DNA of 64,000 nt from positions 62,023-126,022 of the forward strand of contig OZ250145.1 in the NCBI GenBank assembly GCA_965237565.1. The letters run 5' to 3'. Both the position numbers and the translations under genes were made by a program. This document shows, one piece after another, positions 1 to 10,018 of this stretch. The notes below the pieces were generated by a model that did no database searches, had not been told where the DNA came from, and worked only from the letters and a program-made list of their open reading frames with translations. The DNA is from Bdellovibrionales bacterium (GTDB lineage Bacteria; Bdellovibrionota; Bdellovibrionia; Bdellovibrionales; UBA1609). The stretch's first letter is position 1. Each line of letters opens with the position of its first letter.

Positions 1-2466
1 ATTACAATTCCTACGACCACCAAAAAACCACGCCCACTGAGAATTACAATTCCTATTGGTAGCTAGGGGGAGGGGGACTCGTGTGGGGTTGGAAGTATCT
101 TGCAACACATTTAGTAAACGAACTCCGCTAGGATTGCCGGGTGTAGCGTCTTTGTTGAAAAATAAAGCGTAGGGATTTTCTTGTGCTACACTTGCCCATG
201 GAACAGAAGAGGCTACTCGACCTCCTGCATCTCTTTCAAGAGCTACCCATATCTTTCCTGCACCCACATTTAAAGCTTTTTGAATATAGCTACTTACTCT
301 TTCAGAAAGAAAACTCACATTGTAATTGGAGGGAGCAAAAAACATACCCCTTGTCGCATTATTAATAAAATTATATTTGTTTTTTGCTTTACTGGCAAAA
401 AATTTGTTCCCATCGTCTGCTCTGTTTGCAGAAGCCTGCACTCTGTCAGGATCTGCTGAGTACATTTTTGCAAAATAATTTTTCAAGCTTTCCCAATTAC
501 CAATTTCTCTTCCCATTTCATAACAAGCATTTTCAGCATTTTCAAATGTGGTCCTTACAATTGTAGGAGCTGCATTGAGGTTTCTTGTATTCACTTTGAA
601 GGCAGGAATATAATTCCCGTTAAAGAAGCAAAGAACAGGCAATTTTTGATCGCAACTTTCTGCTTGAAAAGTATTTTCTGCAAAATTTTGAAACGATTTC
701 TCATTCACAATCTTCATGGCAATACAAGGAGGTTCTCCTAGAGGATTTTCAGCATTGCGAGGAAATCGGAATCGTGTTTTATACCCTTTGGTAGAGGTCC
801 CGTAATAGCCAACACTAGGATTGGCGCCACATTCTGGAATTTGGCTGTCCAGAGCTTCATCAAAGAGTCCATATATTCTCGTAGTCTGCGGTGCCTGCCC
901 CCCTACGGAAACAGAACGCTCCTTAGTGAAGAGAGGACCAAAGGTTCCCAAACCCAATCGATGACAAGATTTTGTGTGGCAGACTGTACAGGATACCTTA
1001 TCTTCTGGACCATTAAAGATTTTTTGTATTTTACAACTGGAAAAACTGCTTCCATCAGACAATTGTACGCCTACAAAAGGATAGGCCTGAGAATCTTTAC
1101 CTTTGCTGCAAATCGCAGAGCAAAGGTTTTGTACTGCCCAATTCCCCTTCGGTCTGCCTGTGAGCGAGGTACCACTTTGCTCAGTTGTGACTTTGAAACG
1201 ATCTCCACCATTGTAAAGATAGCGTTCTGTTCTCAAATTTTTGTTAGCTGGAATCGCAGAATCTTCACTTCGATCTTGGCTCACAGATGGAGAGGCATTC
1301 TGCATATTAATTCCATAAATTTGTCCATCCTTTTTGACCAAGTTGATACTGATTTTTTTTATTTTTTTCTGAGAGCCACTTCTGTTGAAAACACCAAATG
1401 AAAATTCAAGCGGATCAAAAGTACCTCTCAGGCCACTCAGGCTACTCGACCTACACCTAAATTCGTGGCTCGTACAACTTACTTTGGCATTTAGAGCGGA
1501 TACAGAACTCAAGACCCCTCTGCCATCTATTTGACCTACCTGAACAACATCTGCATTCAAACCACTGATTGAAAAATCATTGCATGTATTCTCTTCCATC
1601 AGAGAACTGTTGATGACATTTTGACTGAGTTGTTTCCCTGTTCCAGTCCCTGAAAACTGCACAACAACCCAATTACCTCCTTGGTTTCTTACATGGCATT
1701 CTCCTACACTGTTGGCCCACATAATATCTGATTGTGAACTCACATAGGGCAACTCCTCCGTTGCTGAACTCCCCTTTTTGCCATCCTGTTCATCATTATT
1801 GGCAGAACTGGACACAAAATTCGAACCAATACCGGTGATTTGAGTCTTTAGTTCAAAGAACACTTGTTTGGGATCTAGAGATTCATCCTTTGTTGTATCA
1901 ATAATATCCAAACTGGGAAATTTTCTGGGAATGATTTCAGCGATTACATAAGCTGGCTGGCTTGTTCTTGTCGAGCCTTGTTCTCCTAGATACTTTAAAC
2001 AACGACGAAATTTGCTATTTACAGAAAATGATGTATCTATTTTTTTGCAGTGGCTTGTATCGATCAACAACTTCCATTCAGATTGTGGAAAAAATACCTT
2101 CCAACGACTTTCTCCCCAATTGGAATTGTCTGCATTCATTCGAAGAAAATTCAGTCGCAAACTCTCCACTCCTGAGCTCTTTTGAGGGTTCTTAACCAGA
2201 GAACAAATACCAAATTCATTTCGCTGGGAGGCCTCGCCTGTCTGACTGATTTTCTTTTCGATCAACAAAGATCTGAGATTGTCGAGTATGACCATCCTTA
2301 GTGCTGGCTGGTAATTCACTTGAAGGATTGTGCTTTTCATCGTCTTTTTAAAATTCTGCATGTAATGTACCAAACCCATGGTACTCACACCCATCACCCC
2401 TAGTGCAAACAAGCCCCCTATAAGAGAACCCCTACTAGAAAGTAAAACTCGTTTTCTCGTTTTCAA
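1..2466 (-). CDS. Large prepilin-like (PilX/GspK-type N-terminus) Cys-rich surface protein with C-type-lectin-like motifs; 3'-partial, >822 aa; not in the ORF track
   Basis: Manual translation gives an open frame from TTG 2466 to base 1, with an AGGAGG RBS at 2475-2480. N-terminus MKTRKRVLLSSRG|SLIGGLFALGVMGVSTMGLVHY (basic leader, Gly, hydrophobic helix). Later motifs CDQKLPVLC, FENAENACYEMG and IWVAL. Confidence 0.8.
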   Translation of the reverse strand, partial: MKTRKRVLLSSRGSLIGGLFALGVMGVSTMGLVHYMQNFKKTMKSTILQVNYQPALRMVILDNLRSLLIEKKISQTGEASQRNEFGICSLVKNPQKSSGVESLRLNFLRMNADNSNWGESRWKVFFPQSEWKLLIDTSHCKKIDTSFSVNSKFRRCLKYLGEQGSTRTSQPAYVIAEIIPRKFPSLDIIDTTKDESLDPKQVFFELKTQITGIGSNFVSSSANNDEQDGKKGSSATEELPYVSSQSDIMWANSVGECHVRNQGGNWVVVQFSGTGTGKQLSQNVINSSLMEENTCNDFSISGLNADVVQVGQIDGRGVLSSVSALNAKVSCTSHEFRCRSSSLSGLRGTFDPLEFSFGVFNRSGSQKKIKKISINLVKKDGQIYGINMQNASPSVSQDRSEDSAIPANKNLRTERYLYNGGDRFKVTTEQSGTSLTGRPKGNWAVQNLCSAICSKGKDSQAYPFVGVQLSDGSSFSSCKIQKIFNGPEDKVSCTVCHTKSCHRLGLGTFGPLFTKERSVSVGGQAPQTTRIYGLFDEALDSQIPECGANPSVGYYGTSTKGYKTRFRFPRNAENPLGEPPCIAMKIVNEKSFQNFAENTFQAESCDQKLPVLCFFNGNYIPAFKVNTRNLNAAPTIVRTTFENAENACYEMGREIGNWESLKNYFAKMYSADPDRVQASANRADDGNKFFASKAKNKYNFINNATRGMFFAPSNYNVSFLSERVSSYIQKALNVGAGKIWVALERDAGGRVASSVPWASVAQENPYALFFNKDATPGNPSGVRLLNVLQDTSNPTRVPLPLATNRNCNSQWAWFFGGRRNCN

Positions 2467-2511
2467 TTACCAAACCTCCTGTTTATAAGCTATTTTCCTT
2501 GCCCTAGTTCC

Positions 2512-3876
2512 TCAATGAGCTGGTATGAATCGAATGACCACTTGCTCAAAGCTAGTCGCAACTGTAGCGTTTGCATCAGCCGGAATAAATATTCTTTTCG
2601 GCTCAATATTGGTGTATAGACAAGTGCCTGTTTCTCCCGCCTCGTTCTCACAAGTCTGGTCTGCATTGTCGGGCGAACAGCTCTTTGTTAACACCCCTCC
2701 AACCACCATTTGATTATCCTTTACGCAATGTCCTCCATCCAGACGATCCATCAAATAAGACACTTTTACCATATCTGAGGCGTGCGTATTCACAGAGACT
2801 CCGCCTCCTCCGCTTCGTCTGATATATTCTAGGCTATGCGTACAATCCACAGTGTCCTGTACAGTGATCGACTCTCCAACAAGAAGAACTTCCCTGTTAT
2901 TGTCACTCAATATATTGGCCTTCACAGAATAAGTCTTCTTATCACTACTTCCTTCTTTCGGTAATTCACTCCTCAACAAAGAGAGATCATACATAGCTCC
3001 TGGTCCTCTATTGGTTATTGTCAACTCTAATGGTGCATCACCTTGTGAATCTACCGAGCTTCCCTGTGCCAACTGGTCATCACCTCGGCATCCAGGATAA
3101 AGGTTCGCTCCCGAGGAGGAAGCACAAGATAGTTCACATTTTGGACGACTCGTGACCTCGACAACAAAGGAAGTCAAAGGCCTTCTCACACCTGCGTAAA
3201 CAATTTGATCTGCTTGAGCATCAGATTGGCTAGGTATTTTCACGTTAATCAACACAATCCAGTAATCTTGATCCACGCGCGAAATGTACTCACATATGGT
3301 GTTCTCTACCAAACCACCTTCCGCATCCTTACAACGTGTAGAAGGAGCAGAAGGAACATCACAGACATAGTCACTGATGACTTGCAAAGTGGAACTATCC
3401 CGACAAACCGCTCTTGGGATTTCACCGATCAAGCCCTTTATGTGAGAGTCTTTCCAATTCACCAAATTAAAAGTGAGTTCAAATTCTTGTCCTCCCGTTT
3501 GGGAGCCACTCATAGTCACGGTGCCTGCAAATTGTAATTTTTCGCCATTTTTGACATTGGATAATCGAAAATCTGTCAACTTAGCTTGGCCATCGTTCCA
3601 TTTGCATTTGCGATCTCCTTCTCCTTCCCATCCACCCTGTCGACACAAGATAAGATTGTTAGAAACCAAGTAGCTGCCCAGAATGAGAGCATACTTGGGG
3701 GAAAAGGCATCCGAGTTAACATCTTTTTGCTTGCTAGATATAAAATTTACAGCATTTTGTTGCGTAACAAAAATCGTACCCGCAACACTAGCCGAAACGA
3801 GAAGAGACAGGACGATCGCGGCCGAGCCTTTGGGTGATTGAAGGTGTTTTCTCAATCTTTTTATATTATCTTTCAT
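2512..3876 (-). CDS. Prepilin-like (PilX-type) Cys-rich protein with an Ig-like (DUF11/CARDB-like) segment
   Basis: Likely ATG at 3876 with GGGAG RBS (track start 3945). N-terminus MKDNIKRLRKHLQSPKG|SAAIVLSLLVSASVAGTIFV. Motif LTITNRGPG...LLVGESITVQDTV. Many Cys. Confidence 0.7.
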   Translation of the reverse strand: MKDNIKRLRKHLQSPKGSAAIVLSLLVSASVAGTIFVTQQNAVNFISSKQKDVNSDAFSPKYALILGSYLVSNNLILCRQGGWEGEGDRKCKWNDGQAKLTDFRLSNVKNGEKLQFAGTVTMSGSQTGGQEFELTFNLVNWKDSHIKGLIGEIPRAVCRDSSTLQVISDYVCDVPSAPSTRCKDAEGGLVENTICEYISRVDQDYWIVLINVKIPSQSDAQADQIVYAGVRRPLTSFVVEVTSRPKCELSCASSSGANLYPGCRGDDQLAQGSSVDSQGDAPLELTITNRGPGAMYDLSLLRSELPKEGSSDKKTYSVKANILSDNNREVLLVGESITVQDTVDCTHSLEYIRRSGGGGVSVNTHASDMVKVSYLMDRLDGGHCVKDNQMVVGGVLTKSCSPDNADQTCENEAGETGTCLYTNIEPKRIFIPADANATVATSFEQVVIRFIPAH

Positions 3877-4064
3877 AGCTACACTCCCTATTCTGGTTAC
3901 CAACATGTCAATTCTAACAGCTAGTACGGATCTGATGCCAAACAACTATAATCAAAAAATAAATAAATAAATTGATTTATCATTTTGAAACACTTCATTT
4001 GTACAGAATACAAAAAATATTTCAATGAATAGACAGTAAAATGAAAACAAAACTATAGCACTTC

Positions 4065-4562
4065 TTAATTCTTGTCTGGAGGAACAGGCTTTTTATAGAT
4101 ATTTTCACAAGAAATGAAGAAAAATTCTTTGCTATTTAGTTCGTAGGGTTGCAGACAATAGGAATCAGCAATGAGTAAGACTTGCCCATTATTATCCAAC
4201 TCTACAGAACGTTCCAAAACACAGTAGGTGCGAGTAACGGATTGATCTGCCAAACCAATTCGAACGGGAACTTCATTGAAACGAATCGTCTCATCTAGAT
4301 TAAATAGCTTTTTCCACAAACCACAGCCTGCCTCCTCCCCTTCGCCGGGCTGATAATCAAAAATTCGAACATTATCGGCGATACTGCAAGAAACTGGCTG
4401 ACCATATTGGTTGATCCAAGTTTTCTTTTCTTGACTGTACTGGTACTGACTGCAATGAGTCCCGCCTGTTTCAAGGGATTGGAGCTTGCATGAAGATGCA
4501 AAGCATACAGACCCCGCCACCAAGAAAACAATTTTATACATTTGACGAAAATTCAAGAACAT
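4065..4562 (-). CDS. Hypothetical Cys-rich lipoprotein
   Basis: Hydrophobic signal ending FASS-C, followed by six further Cys. Confidence 0.65.
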   Translation of the reverse strand: MFLNFRQMYKIVFLVAGSVCFASSCKLQSLETGGTHCSQYQYSQEKKTWINQYGQPVSCSIADNVRIFDYQPGEGEEAGCGLWKKLFNLDETIRFNEVPVRIGLADQSVTRTYCVLERSVELDNNGQVLLIADSYCLQPYELNSKEFFFISCENIYKKPVPPDKN

Positions 4563-4593
4563 TCCAACCCTTAACAGTTATAAGCAATAGCCA

Positions 4594-6591
4594 CTAATAT
4601 CCTATCACAATTCTAGGCTTTCTTTTCGTTTTTCTCTGTTTTACAAGTGAGAATTCCATCTTAGCTTTCACTTGTCTGGAATCGACGGTGACCACTTTAT
4701 CTCGGTAGTTACGCTTTCTGAGCATTAATGTTACAACCTGATTCTGAGGCAACTGAATCACCGTTGGCGTAAGATATGGAACTTTCTTATCGTTGAGATA
4801 AATCATCGCTCCAGAAGGTTTAGTCGCTATAAAAATTTTCCTAGTGGCAGGAGTTGCAATTGACCTAGTGGGTGTAGGAGGACCCTGAAGAGATCCCCGA
4901 GCAGGACGATGATTCACAATGGCTCCGGGTCTTTTTGGCTGGGCAACAGCTACTTTGGATTTTTTTGGAGACTCCGCTGGAGACTGTTTTTCAGCCCATG
5001 CCCCGATCTTTTCAGAGAGATAGTGACGAATATCTGACCGGAAGAAAAAAGCTGAAAAGCCAATGGAAGCAAGAAAGATTGAGGCAATTGCAATGGGAAA
5101 GATTTTTTTTGCTCTTCCCTTCCTCTTTTTGGATTTTGTTGCCTTTTTCCCCATACCACGATCGATAATCAAACTAGAATTCGTCTTTCCAATTTGACTC
5201 CTCCGGGTCAAGGGTATGATTTTGCGAAGAGGGTCCAAACCCGTAACTACCACGTTGTCATATAAACTCTTACTCAAACTTTTTATTTCAGAACCAACAG
5301 AGTGGGAGATCAATTCATCAGTGAATTTTGTTTTTGTCAATTCTTCCGATTGTTCACTCAGATCCGCTTCTGTTTCTGTGTATTGCATGTGATCAGTAAA
5401 ACTTCTGTAAATCTGTTCCGCTTCTGTTTTTGTTTCCTCTTTTTCGTCATGAATCAATTCATACGTCTCTTCTTCTTGGATTTTGCTAGGATTCTGGGTT
5501 TTTTCATGCTTTTTTTCAAGATCTTCCCTATGACCAATAAACGAGGAACTTTCATCCTCTGCAACAGAATAGTTAATGGAGCTGTTTCTCAAAAATCTAG
5601 ATGCTGCGTATGTTTCAGCCAAAGCTTCTGAATACATTTTTAACTTTTCTCTTTCTTCTAAAATTTCCTCCATGTAAATCGCTCGAATAAAAGAGCTAAA
5701 TTGATTTTGCGTAAAATTGGGATATTCTGTATTCAAAAAAACAGAGAGGTCATTCGCCATTTCTACGACAGTTTGGTATCTCAAATTACTGTTAACATGT
5801 AAGGCCCTATTTACAATCTCTATAACTTTATCCGGAACATTTGGATTGATCCTTTTCAAATCAGGAATATTGCATAGCTTGATCTTTTTCATTAACTTGA
5901 TTTCGGTGGAGGCTGTAAAAAGTTTTTGGCCGGCTAGCAATTCCCACAGTATATTTCCAATCGAAAAAATATCTGTTCTTTTATCCAGCACTTCTCCTCC
6001 CACTTGTTCCGGACTCATGTATTCGAACTTGCCTTTTAACACTCCGGCCCTTGTGGCTTCGGAATCACTCATTTTGGCAATACCAAAATCAATGACCTTT
6101 ACGTCCCCATTAAAACTAATCATTATATTTTGCGGACTAATGTCCCGGTGAATAATATTCAAAGGTTGCCCTGTAACACTATCCGTACAATTGTGGGCAT
6201 GATCCAATCCCCAGCAGATATTCCTAATAATGTGTATACATTTTTCCACACTCAGTCGCATCTTCTGGCTAGTTAGCTTTTTAATTAATTGTCGCAGGTT
6301 GCAACCGGAAATATACTCCATACAGATAAAATACTGGTCCTTTTCTAAACCGAATTCATAAATAGAACCAATGTTGCTGTGATTGAGATTGGTTACAATC
6401 TTACCCTCATTTTGAAACATCTTGTTAAATTCTTTATTGTTGGAATGAGTAGGTAATATTCTTTTAATGATGATAAACTTGTGTGCACTTTTTACAGAAC
6501 CTGTACAGCCAAGAAAAATCTCAGCCATTCCTCCGACAGCAATTTTTTTAAATAATTTAAATTTACCAAAATCTGTTACTTTTAATTTCAT
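4594..6591 (-). CDS. Hanks-type Ser/Thr protein kinase with TM helix and C-terminal PEGA-like domain
   Basis: GGMAEIF, IIIKR, HRDISPQN, DFG, GKFEYMSPEQ; TM IFPIAIASIFLASIGFSAFFF; PEGA-like IATKPSGAMIYLND..TP. Confidence 0.95.
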   Translation of the reverse strand: MKLKVTDFGKFKLFKKIAVGGMAEIFLGCTGSVKSAHKFIIIKRILPTHSNNKEFNKMFQNEGKIVTNLNHSNIGSIYEFGLEKDQYFICMEYISGCNLRQLIKKLTSQKMRLSVEKCIHIIRNICWGLDHAHNCTDSVTGQPLNIIHRDISPQNIMISFNGDVKVIDFGIAKMSDSEATRAGVLKGKFEYMSPEQVGGEVLDKRTDIFSIGNILWELLAGQKLFTASTEIKLMKKIKLCNIPDLKRINPNVPDKVIEIVNRALHVNSNLRYQTVVEMANDLSVFLNTEYPNFTQNQFSSFIRAIYMEEILEEREKLKMYSEALAETYAASRFLRNSSINYSVAEDESSSFIGHREDLEKKHEKTQNPSKIQEEETYELIHDEKEETKTEAEQIYRSFTDHMQYTETEADLSEQSEELTKTKFTDELISHSVGSEIKSLSKSLYDNVVVTGLDPLRKIIPLTRRSQIGKTNSSLIIDRGMGKKATKSKKRKGRAKKIFPIAIASIFLASIGFSAFFFRSDIRHYLSEKIGAWAEKQSPAESPKKSKVAVAQPKRPGAIVNHRPARGSLQGPPTPTRSIATPATRKIFIATKPSGAMIYLNDKKVPYLTPTVIQLPQNQVVTLMLRKRNYRDKVVTVDSRQVKAKMEFSLVKQRKTKRKPRIVIGY

Positions 6592-6637
6592 AACTTCGTT
6601 TATCCAAGTTGTTTAAACAGCTATTTCCACCTATAAT

Positions 6638-6665
6638 CTATCGGTTAGACAGGAAAATAACTTTA
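6638..6665 (-). promoter_or_regulatory. Putative sigma-28 (FliA)-like promoter for the kinase gene
   Basis: Minus strand reads TAAAGTTA-N12-ACCGATAG, versus consensus TAAAGTTT-N11-GCCGATAA; ~45 nt upstream of the kinase ATG. Confidence 0.5.
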
Positions 6666-7273
6666 TGAAGAGAATCGCTTTGACAGGTATCATGGGTGCT
6701 GGAAAGTCCACTTTTGGTTCCATCATCACAGAATGGAAAATTCCATTCATATCCGCTGATAGTCTAGCACGAAAAGCTCTGATTCCTCATTCAAAAATCT
6801 ATCCCCAACTTTTGCAACTTCTGGGAAGCAACTACTTGAATCCAGATGGTTCCTTCAATAGGCACTTGATCGCTCGAAAAGCTTTTCAACATCCCCCGCT
6901 CTTGTCTCAAATTGAGTCAATCATCCATCCTTTTGTGTGGGAGGCTTTGCTCGAAAAACAAAATTTTTTTTCCGCCAAGGAAAAAGAGGCTGTGTTTTGT
7001 GAAATTCCCCTCTTGTTCGAAAAAAAATTAGATAACTTCTTCGACCTCAACATCCTTTTAGCCATTGAACCAAAACAACAAAAAATGCGCCTAGAAAGAA
7101 ACCGCCATTTCAGTGAAAAAGAAATACAAACTAGAATGAAGTTTCAATCCTCTCAAGAAGAAAAAATCAAAAAAGCTGATTATATAATATGGAATAATTC
7201 TTCAATGAAAGAATTAGAAAAAAACATTCAAGACTTGATGGAAAAATTGGGTATTGATATAAAGAAGGACTAG
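6665..7273 (+). CDS. coaE: Dephospho-CoA kinase
   Basis: IALTGIMGAGKST P-loop, IIHP, EIPLLFE, ADYIIWN. Confidence 0.95.
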   Translation: MKRIALTGIMGAGKSTFGSIITEWKIPFISADSLARKALIPHSKIYPQLLQLLGSNYLNPDGSFNRHLIARKAFQHPPLLSQIESIIHPFVWEALLEKQNFFSAKEKEAVFCEIPLLFEKKLDNFFDLNILLAIEPKQQKMRLERNRHFSEKEIQTRMKFQSSQEEKIKKADYIIWNNSSMKELEKNIQDLMEKLGIDIKKD

Positions 7274-7279
7274 CTTTAG

Positions 7280-10018
7280 ATGTTCAAACTAATTGAATGG
7301 ACAAACTTTCAAGATAAAAAAGAAATTTTATCCAAATTTGATCCGGAAAAGAGTTTATGGATCACTTCAGATATTAAATCCAAAATATTTATCTTAGGGC
7401 AACTCAGACAAAGAGGCTTGTCCTTAAGCGAAAAGTGTGTTGTAAGAGCCTCAGATTTTTGGAGATCTCTTTTACTAAAGACCAATTTACAAAAGCAGGT
7501 GGTTTCCGAGTCTCTTTTGGTTTTTATTTATGAAGAGTGGGCCAAATCCCAAAAGCAAGATTGGAAAAAAACTCGTGAAACTGGACGAATAGTCTGTCAA
7601 TTTTTAGACGCCAGCATCCATCTGATCAAGCATCCCAACAGAGATTCTTTAATGCAGGAGTGGTTTCAAATAAAAAAACAAAAATGGAAGTGGTGTTATG
7701 AGTTGGCCATTCATTTTTGGCACCACTTGGAAAACAAGAACATGATTGCTTCTTCTTGGGCTGATGCCTATTTACTAGATCAGGTAAAAATGGATTCTTT
7801 TCATTTTGAAGAAATAATTTTTGATTTGCATTTTGATATCAGCCCCCTGGAAGCTGGGCTAATCACAGAAATAGCTTCGAAAACAAAATCTAAAATAAAA
7901 ATTCTTGCACCCCTTTGTTTCAAAAATAACAAATGGGAAATAGCCGACGCTGTTTATGCATGCTTTCATGAGAAAAAACCAAAAGAAGAGCCTCACGAGG
8001 AAAAACCAATCATTGAGTCAATATCTATCAGAAGATTTGCCTCCCAATTGGCTGAAATCAAAGACATTGTTAGTGAAGTGAGAAAAGCCCTTAAGAGAAA
8101 TGTATCTCCTTCTCGAATTGCAATCATCAGTCCACAGGTCGAAAACTATTGGCCCGGGCTGAGCAGTTATTTTCGCATAGAAAATATACCTGCCAACAAA
8201 AGAGAAACAGTCCCCCTATCCAGCTTTCCCATGATTCAATTCTGGCTTGCCCAAATGTGGACTCATCTATCTGTGGTGAAATATGAAAATCTAGAATGCA
8301 TGGCTCGCCATCAGAACACAGAAACTCATTTTGGCAAATTTCAATCCCGCTTCTATTACGCAACTCAAGTTAAGCAAATTCCTTCTGATCTAATTGATCA
8401 AAAACAATTAAAAAATAAAAATGAAACTGTTGATTATTTCAAATTTAAGGAATGGGCTTTGCAGTTTTATTCTAAGAAAGATGACTCTCCCCCTGTTACT
8501 CAAGCTGTTGAAGAGTGCGTACATGAACTGTCCCAATCGGCCAAGGCTCTCGCAAGAGAATCAATACGCTGGAAAAATTGGCTATCTTTTTTGGAAACAT
8601 CCTTTCGCAGTAAAGAAGTGACAAAAAAAAACGAAAATCCCAATGGGGTTCATTGCTTGAGCTTTAATGCTATAGGATGGCTGGATGCAGATTTTGTTTA
8701 CATTGCTGGTCTCAATGAACAAAATATGGCTCCGCAACATTCTTCTCCAATACCTCTAGCAGACGCTCTTTCCATTCAAAAAGATTTGGGCTTTTTTTTA
8801 CAATCCACTCCTCATGATAAATTAGAAAAAATCATCTCCCAATTCATAGATCGAAATCAAAAACAAATTATTTTATCTTTTGCTTCTAGTGATTTTCATG
8901 GAAATCATTTTAACCCTTCCAGTTTGTGGCTGAAGAAAGCTTTGTCCTATAAAAAACCTCACCAAGAGATGGATACTCCCGGCACTACTTTGTGGGACGA
9001 AAAACAAAAGAGAAAAAAGGTTTCCGAAATTCTAGTCGATCAAAAATTTCAAAACTCTAACAAATCTCTCATTGAAAAATCAATTGAGGAGGATATGGGC
9101 AGGAGCAAGCTCCCCTCTTTCCAGCCAAACAGCTTAAAAAAATTGTCTGCTTCTTCCCTAGCTGATTATGTAAGATGCCCTTTCATTTTCGCAAGCAAAA
9201 ATTTGTTCGGACTGTGGGATGAACCCATTCAAGACGTAAATATGAGTTTTTTGGATCGAGGTCGTTTGATTCATAAAATTTTTGAAAAATTAAAAAAGGA
9301 AAAAGAATCCGATATCTCAGAATCAGATATTTTGTATCTGATAGAAAGCATAAAAGAAGATAAAGAATTTGAGTCACAACTGAGGTTCTTACACCCGGTT
9401 TCTTGGGAAATAGAGAAAAAATCCATCCTAAAAATTGCACAACTTTTTTACCTCCACGAGAAAAACAAAAAAGAAATACTGAAAGGATACGAAACTATTG
9501 GTTGTGAAGTCGAATTTTGTGGTGCTTGGAGCTTCGAAAAAAAATCTTTGCAAGCCATAGGAGACATTCCTTTCAAGGGGAAAATAGACCGTCTGGATGC
9601 GAGTCAAGATAGTTATTTACTCATCGATTACAAAGGCTCTTTAGCTACAGGATCAATTGCCAACAAATGGGCGAGTGAGGGAAATTTCGGCTTGGCTTTT
9701 TACATGCAAGCAATTGAAAAAGGTCTTACCTCCCTACCCCCTCACGATGTAAAAGTGGCTTTGTATATGAGCTACAAAGATTTCACCTACCAAGGCTTTG
9801 CTCTAAAAGAAGAACCATTCATTCACTGGATCGGAAAGAGAAAAAAATCCCTACTCTCTCCGGAACAAAAAATTTCTATCCAAGAAGAAAGTAATCACAA
9901 AATCAATGATTTTATTTTACACATTCAAGCGGGGCAATTCCCCCCGGAACCGCAAAAGAAAAGTATTTGCGAGAATTGTAGATGGAGAAATATATGTCGA
10001 GCCACTCACCTCAACTAA
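7280..10018 (+). CDS. addB: AddB-like subunit with C-terminal PD-(D/E)XK nuclease and Fe-S cysteines
   Basis: LSASSLADYVRCPF, GRLIH, GKIDRLD...IDYKG, CENCRWRNIC; overlaps the downstream helicase gene. Confidence 0.8.
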   Translation: MFKLIEWTNFQDKKEILSKFDPEKSLWITSDIKSKIFILGQLRQRGLSLSEKCVVRASDFWRSLLLKTNLQKQVVSESLLVFIYEEWAKSQKQDWKKTRETGRIVCQFLDASIHLIKHPNRDSLMQEWFQIKKQKWKWCYELAIHFWHHLENKNMIASSWADAYLLDQVKMDSFHFEEIIFDLHFDISPLEAGLITEIASKTKSKIKILAPLCFKNNKWEIADAVYACFHEKKPKEEPHEEKPIIESISIRRFASQLAEIKDIVSEVRKALKRNVSPSRIAIISPQVENYWPGLSSYFRIENIPANKRETVPLSSFPMIQFWLAQMWTHLSVVKYENLECMARHQNTETHFGKFQSRFYYATQVKQIPSDLIDQKQLKNKNETVDYFKFKEWALQFYSKKDDSPPVTQAVEECVHELSQSAKALARESIRWKNWLSFLETSFRSKEVTKKNENPNGVHCLSFNAIGWLDADFVYIAGLNEQNMAPQHSSPIPLADALSIQKDLGFFLQSTPHDKLEKIISQFIDRNQKQIILSFASSDFHGNHFNPSSLWLKKALSYKKPHQEMDTPGTTLWDEKQKRKKVSEILVDQKFQNSNKSLIEKSIEEDMGRSKLPSFQPNSLKKLSASSLADYVRCPFIFASKNLFGLWDEPIQDVNMSFLDRGRLIHKIFEKLKKEKESDISESDILYLIESIKEDKEFESQLRFLHPVSWEIEKKSILKIAQLFYLHEKNKKEILKGYETIGCEVEFCGAWSFEKKSLQAIGDIPFKGKIDRLDASQDSYLLIDYKGSLATGSIANKWASEGNFGLAFYMQAIEKGLTSLPPHDVKVALYMSYKDFTYQGFALKEEPFIHWIGKRKKSLLSPEQKISIQEESNHKINDFILHIQAGQFPPEPQKKSICENCRWRNICRATHLN

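Noticed and set aside
1-730. Diversity-generating retroelement target (lectin-like fold, 13-bp repeat at 1-13 and 43-55)
   Set aside because: No reverse transcriptase or template/variable repeat pair with adenine-specific mismatches is visible in the window.
841-1401. 186 aa plus-strand ORF and other small ORFs in 183-2195
   Set aside because: They are antisense shadows of the long minus-strand ORF 1-2466, which has an RBS and coherent motifs.
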